From: an uncultured virus (IMG/VR IMGVR_UViG_3300014914_000005)
Lineage: Duplodnaviria; Heunggongvirae; Uroviricota; Caudoviricetes
Reading direction: 5' to 3' (one strand)
Length of the DNA stretch: 20,000 nt
Virus record (IMG/VR): IMGVR_UViG_3300014914_000005
Position 1 is the stretch's first letter. Each line of letters begins with the position of its first letter. The position numbers were made by a program, and so were the translations under genes. The notes under the pieces were generated by a model. It ran no database searches and had not been told where the DNA came from. It saw only the letters and a list, made by a program, of their open reading frames with translations. Positions 16,130-20,000 of this stretch are shown one piece after another.

Positions 16130-18399
16130 TGGGATATGAACTGGCAATTGCTTTAATCGTTGGAGTAGTATTATATGCGGTAGCGTATTTGTATTATGGC
16201 TCCGGTGGAGACATGGAGCAGGATAATGCTAGTCCGGCAACTTTAGATGAGTTCTCAGTTACACAAAGTAATGAAGGTTCTGCGATTCCTTTAATATATG
16301 GTCGTAAAAGAACTCGTGGGAATGTTTTGTGGTACGGTAATCTTATGACCGAAGCAGTATGGTCCGGTGGTGGTGGTAGTGATGACCCGGACCCGGTTAT
16401 TATTGGTTACAAATATTATTTAGATGTATGGCAATCCGTTTGTATTGGTCCCGCGACATTAGTTGCGTATTATGTAGACAATGATGATGACCTTGGAATT
16501 ACCAGTTCAGGTGAGACATGGAATGATGGAAGCACTTATTCGTTCCCAACCGAGCCGGGACAGTATGCCGCGCCGTTGTTTGGTACTGCGCATATTTTTT
16601 GGGAGCAATGGTTAGTTGGAGAAAACAGAACAAGGCTTCCGACCGTCCATTTTGTTGTAGAACATTACCCAACTGGTTCTGGCTTGAGTTATATTGAAGA
16701 AACAAACGGATGTAATCCGGCTGCTATAATATATGACTTGCTCATACGAGCACAAGCTACAAACGAAGATATAGACATAGCTTCTTTCCAAGCTGCCAAT
16801 ACGTACTGGCACAACGCCGGTTATGGCTTGAATATGTCGTTTAGCAGACAAGTCAGCTGCAGGGAAGCCATTGCTGCAGTGCTCAAACAGGTTGGCGGCG
16901 TGTTCTCTGTTACAAATGAAAATAAGTTTTATATCAAAGCGTTTGATCCGGATGAAGCAGCCGCCGCTACAATCGAAACAGAAAAGTTTTTGAATTTTGC
17001 TTTTGTGCGTAAAAGCTGGTCAGATACCTATAATGATTTTAGAGCCACCTTTGTCGATGCTTCTAATGATTACAGTAAAAGAACTGTCGCGGTTCGTAAT
17101 GTGGCGAACTTCTGGCTCACTGGAAAGAAGAAACAATTGAATGTCGATCTAAATGCTTTCCGGGATATTGACCAAGTCAGTCAGCGGTTATGGGAGGTAA
17201 TGAAGACACAGAGTTATCCATTTGCCGAGTTTGATTTTGCAACCAATTTAGAATTCTATAGTATTAATGTGGGCGATGTTGTTGAAATTGTAAATGATGA
17301 TTACGGTATTGTATCCGCTTATATACGTATAATGTCGAAAGACGTTAGTGAGTACGACCAGAACAGGGTTGGATTTAAAGGAAGCCAAATGGTCGAACGT
17401 GAGATGGATACTAATTATAGTGTGACAGGCGGTACGGAATGGGAGGAGCCGGACCAAACTATCACGCCAATTGTCAACCAGCAAGTTATCGAACTTCCGT
17501 TTATAAGCGGAGAGATTGGATATGGAGTTACTTATCTGTTACTTGCAGAAAGGCCGCATTCTTGGGAAACCTCTTTTGTGGTAATTAAAAGTTATAATGG
17601 TACAAACTACGAAACGCAACAGGTCGCACACCGCTGGGCTCAATATGGAACGCTTGATGAGGCCTATGTAGAAACGCCGGACATTGACGATGAAATAGGA
17701 ATACTGTATACGCCAAGCCGGGAGGACCCAAGTTTTGATAGTATATCACGAGCTGAATTATTTTCATTAAATAGACTGGCATATATAAACGGCGAGTTCT
17801 TTGGCTTTCAAACAGTTACACCAGAAGGTCCGTCAAGTATACGGTTAACCGGAGTTGTCAGACGTTTGTTTAATACTAATCAGGATTTTGCTACTCATGC
17901 TTCCGGTTCTACGATTTGGTTATTTGAATACCCAAGAAGTATTAATAATGTAATGATGTCAGAATTGGCTACAAGTTTTTATTTAAAGTTCTTACCATCG
18001 TTTGTTGGTGTTACTTTGGACGCTTCGGATGCTACGCAAATTTTAGTAACTGCCGCGACAGTTCTTAAACCATTTGCACCGACAAGAATTAAAGCGGTAC
18101 GAACTGGAACAAGCGTTGCAATTGAGTGGTGGCCGGCAACTCAAATATCACAAGGCGCAGGAGCAGTCGCAGCAGATGGACAAGTAGATCAATACCCGTT
18201 TGCTTTTAATGGTCAATTCCAATGGTGGGATTCTATTTCAGGTACTTACCCGGCCGACGCTGTAACATCGACAACTATTGTTCGGGCCGGATCATTTACA
18301 TTTAGAGTTCGTATGCAAGACATCGCCAGTCGATTAAGTGATTGGGCTGAATTAACTATTGGCGCGGCTGATGGAACATATATAGGACCAGACGCTTAG
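16129..18399 (+). CDS. Central tail tip/host specificity protein (lambda J/GTA gp15-like)
   Basis: 756 aa; EGSAIPLIYGR.R..GNVLWYG, GYKYYL, NPAAIIYDLL, LTGVVRRLFNT motifs; follows NlpC/P60. Confidence 0.85.
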   Translation: MGYELAIALIVGVVLYAVAYLYYGSGGDMEQDNASPATLDEFSVTQSNEGSAIPLIYGRKRTRGNVLWYGNLMTEAVWSGGGGSDDPDPVIIGYKYYLDVWQSVCIGPATLVAYYVDNDDDLGITSSGETWNDGSTYSFPTEPGQYAAPLFGTAHIFWEQWLVGENRTRLPTVHFVVEHYPTGSGLSYIEETNGCNPAAIIYDLLIRAQATNEDIDIASFQAANTYWHNAGYGLNMSFSRQVSCREAIAAVLKQVGGVFSVTNENKFYIKAFDPDEAAAATIETEKFLNFAFVRKSWSDTYNDFRATFVDASNDYSKRTVAVRNVANFWLTGKKKQLNVDLNAFRDIDQVSQRLWEVMKTQSYPFAEFDFATNLEFYSINVGDVVEIVNDDYGIVSAYIRIMSKDVSEYDQNRVGFKGSQMVEREMDTNYSVTGGTEWEEPDQTITPIVNQQVIELPFISGEIGYGVTYLLLAERPHSWETSFVVIKSYNGTNYETQQVAHRWAQYGTLDEAYVETPDIDDEIGILYTPSREDPSFDSISRAELFSLNRLAYINGEFFGFQTVTPEGPSSIRLTGVVRRLFNTNQDFATHASGSTIWLFEYPRSINNVMMSELATSFYLKFLPSFVGVTLDASDATQILVTAATVLKPFAPTRIKAVRTGTSVAIEWWPATQISQGAGAVAADGQVDQYPFAFNGQFQWWDSISGTYPADAVTSTTIVRAGSFTFRVRMQDIASRLSDWAELTIGAADGTYIGPDA

Positions 18400-18407
18400 A
18401 GGAGATT

Positions 18408-19574
18408 ATGGCAAAACTAAGTCCAACTTTATTAGAGACCATAGATTTTGGAACCCAGGGATGGACCGAAATTCTGAATGATAATTTCCGCAAGCTTAAT
18501 GACAATCTCCTGTTTGTGGCTTCGATGCTTGATGTCAATTTTGGTACATTGGCCGATGATGATATTTTGGTATGGGACGCCGGTTCGCAAAAATGGATTA
18601 ATCTGCCTTATACAGATTTAGCCACCTCAACAACCACGACCACAACTACAACTTACACAACCACAACGTCAATTACATGGTTCACAACAACCAGCACGAC
18701 TACAACCACATCGACAAGTACGACAACTACGTCAGTTACATGGTTCACAACCACAACCACTACGTCGACAACCACCACGTCAACAAGCACAACCACATCG
18801 ACAAGTACGGTCACAACCACAACCACTACGTCGACAACCACCACGTCAACAAGCACAACCACATCGACAAGTACGGTCACAACCACAACCATTAATCCAT
18901 TAGATTACGATGTATTAATGATTCACAGTGATGATGCGGATGGCTCAACTACGTTTACAGACAGTTCAAGTTCTGGCCATACCATTACAAATAGCGCTTC
19001 GGTTGAACATAGTGAAGACGAACAATATTTTTGTAGATCATCGATTTACTATCCAAATAATACACAATGGTTGCAAGTGGCTGCGTCGGCTGATTTTAAT
19101 TTTGGAACCGGTGCATGGTGTATTGACTTCTTCCTTAAGATGGACGATTACGATGCCAACCAATATTTCTTTGATATTGTCACTGGCGTTAATGGCATGT
19201 ACCTCAGAACCAATGCCAAAATCATTGAGTTACGAGAAAGCAATATAGGTGCCGGTGTTTATCTAAGTTATACAGTGACAGAAGATACTGATTGGCACCA
19301 TCTAGCCGTGGAAGCAGACGGAGCCGGAAACCAATACATGTATTGGGATGGTACTATGGTTGATTCAGCCAGTGAATCCGGTTCTTGGGGCGGAACGGAG
19401 ATTTTCCATATTGGGGACGCTGGTAATCATGGAGCCTTCGGAATTAATAATGGTTATATAGATCACTTTAGAGTATTGAAAGGCGCGCGCCTTGGTAATG
19501 GCAGCGCATTTCCAGTTCCTACTGGGCCGATGGATTATACTTGTATGACAACGACAACTACGACGACGGTGTAA
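18408..19574 (+). CDS. Tail fibre/receptor-binding protein: anchor, 89-aa Thr/Ser stalk, LamG/ConA-like lectin domain, T7-V tail
   Basis: DGSTTFTDSS, FNFGTG.WCIDFF, WHHLAV, YWDG, NGYIDHFRVLKG.R motifs typical of phage LamG domains; RBS GAGGAG. Confidence 0.82.
   Translation: MAKLSPTLLETIDFGTQGWTEILNDNFRKLNDNLLFVASMLDVNFGTLADDDILVWDAGSQKWINLPYTDLATSTTTTTTTTYTTTTSITWFTTTSTTTTTSTSTTTTSVTWFTTTTTTSTTTTSTSTTTSTSTVTTTTTTSTTTTSTSTTTSTSTVTTTTINPLDYDVLMIHSDDADGSTTFTDSSSSGHTITNSASVEHSEDEQYFCRSSIYYPNNTQWLQVAASADFNFGTGAWCIDFFLKMDDYDANQYFFDIVTGVNGMYLRTNAKIIELRESNIGAGVYLSYTVTEDTDWHHLAVEADGAGNQYMYWDGTMVDSASESGSWGGTEIFHIGDAGNHGAFGINNGYIDHFRVLKGARLGNGSAFPVPTGPMDYTCMTTTTTTTV
18745..18891 (+). repeat. Perfect 66-bp tandem repeat (about 2.2 copies) within the Thr/Ser stalk
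   Basis: Unit TCACAACCACAACCACTACGTCGACAACCACCACGTCAACAAGCACAACCACATCGACAAGTACGG starts at 18745 and 18811, partial copy at 18877. Confidence 0.92.
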
Positions 19575-19576
19575 TT

Positions 19577-19783
19577 ATGACATTATTATCTCCATCCAAT
19601 TTAGAAACAGCGGATTACAATTTGGCACGATGGCAAAGAATATATAATAAGAATATTCAATTGCTCAATACTGTCCTATTGAAAATATCTGCTCTTGGTG
19701 ATGTTGATACAACTGATTTAATCGATGGTTCTTATTTACAATGGAATGCGTCGACAAGTACATGGGAGGCGAAACATAAATAA
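19577..19783 (+). CDS. 68-aa anchor-only paralog of the tail fibre N-terminal domain
   Basis: ATG 19577 preferred over the track's TTG 19541; MTLLSPSNLETADY...W...N...LN..LLK..L.DV....DG..L.W....W aligns by eye with residues 1-65 of the fibre. Confidence 0.75.
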   Translation: MTLLSPSNLETADYNLARWQRIYNKNIQLLNTVLLKISALGDVDTTDLIDGSYLQWNASTSTWEAKHK

Positions 19784-20000
19784 TGGCCACCTCATTGACT
19801 CCAAGCAATTTAATAGTTACAGACGATTATGGCGAATCAACTTGGGAAGATTCGTTCGACGCCAATTTTATATTGTTAAATAATACATTATTAAAACTTG
19901 GTGCTTTATTCGATGTCGATGTTACCGGCATTAGCGATGGAGATTTGTTATTCTATAATACCAGTACGTCGAAATGGGAGGCCAAAGCGGAGCCGACTAC
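19783..20000 (+). CDS. 5' part of a third fibre-anchor paralog (MATSLTPSNLIVTDDYGESTWEDSFDANFILLNNTLLKLGALFDVDVTGISDGDLLFYNTSTSKWEAKAEPT...), truncated by window end
   Basis: TAATG coupling; frame open to end of window; same anchor motif as the two preceding genes. Confidence 0.8.
   Translation, partial: MATSLTPSNLIVTDDYGESTWEDSFDANFILLNNTLLKLGALFDVDVTGISDGDLLFYNTSTSKWEAKAEPT

Noticed and set aside
18624..18891. CRISPR array or DGR template/variable repeat pair
   Set aside because: Repeats are directly tandem, in-frame and lack spacers; no adenine-specific mismatched pair and no cas or reverse transcriptase gene in the window.
18653..18895. Poly-Val minus-strand ORF and His/Asn-rich plus-strand ORF
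   Set aside because: Alternative-frame by-products of the ACN-codon Thr stalk; the same applies to 7434-8099 and 5213-5713 on the minus strand.
1..20000. Alternative genetic code (stop codon reassignment)
   Set aside because: Genes are full length and tightly packed under code 11, with TAA, TAG and TGA all used as real stops.

Overview
The window is a contiguous, all-plus-strand virion morphogenesis module of a tailed dsDNA phage or prophage with siphovirus-type architecture. Gene order is portal, minor head (gp7/MuF-like), an orphan ORF, scaffold, major capsid, small head-associated proteins, head-tail connector and neck, tail terminator, tail tube, tail assembly chaperone G/GT, tape measure, a GTA/YuA-like tail tip (two paralogous tip proteins, Dit-like proteins, DUF2163/BR0599 hub, NlpC/P60, J-like central protein), then a tail-fibre cluster. 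The standout feature is poly-threonine tracts, written with mixed synonymous codons, on at least five different structural genes. Four of these proteins end in T(n)-V/A, a shared S-[IV]-T-W-F motif recurs inside the tracts, and one carrier is an unannotated 54-aa gene directly after the capsid gene. This suggests a virion-wide tagging system, for example mucin-like O-glycosylation acceptors (inference; no modifying enzyme is in the window). Also notable are an array of GGAU-loop hairpins over the scaffold RBS, a probable -1 frameshift in the tail chaperone, and three consecutive fibre genes sharing a paralogous N-terminal anchor. All family names come from motif recognition and synteny, not database searches.
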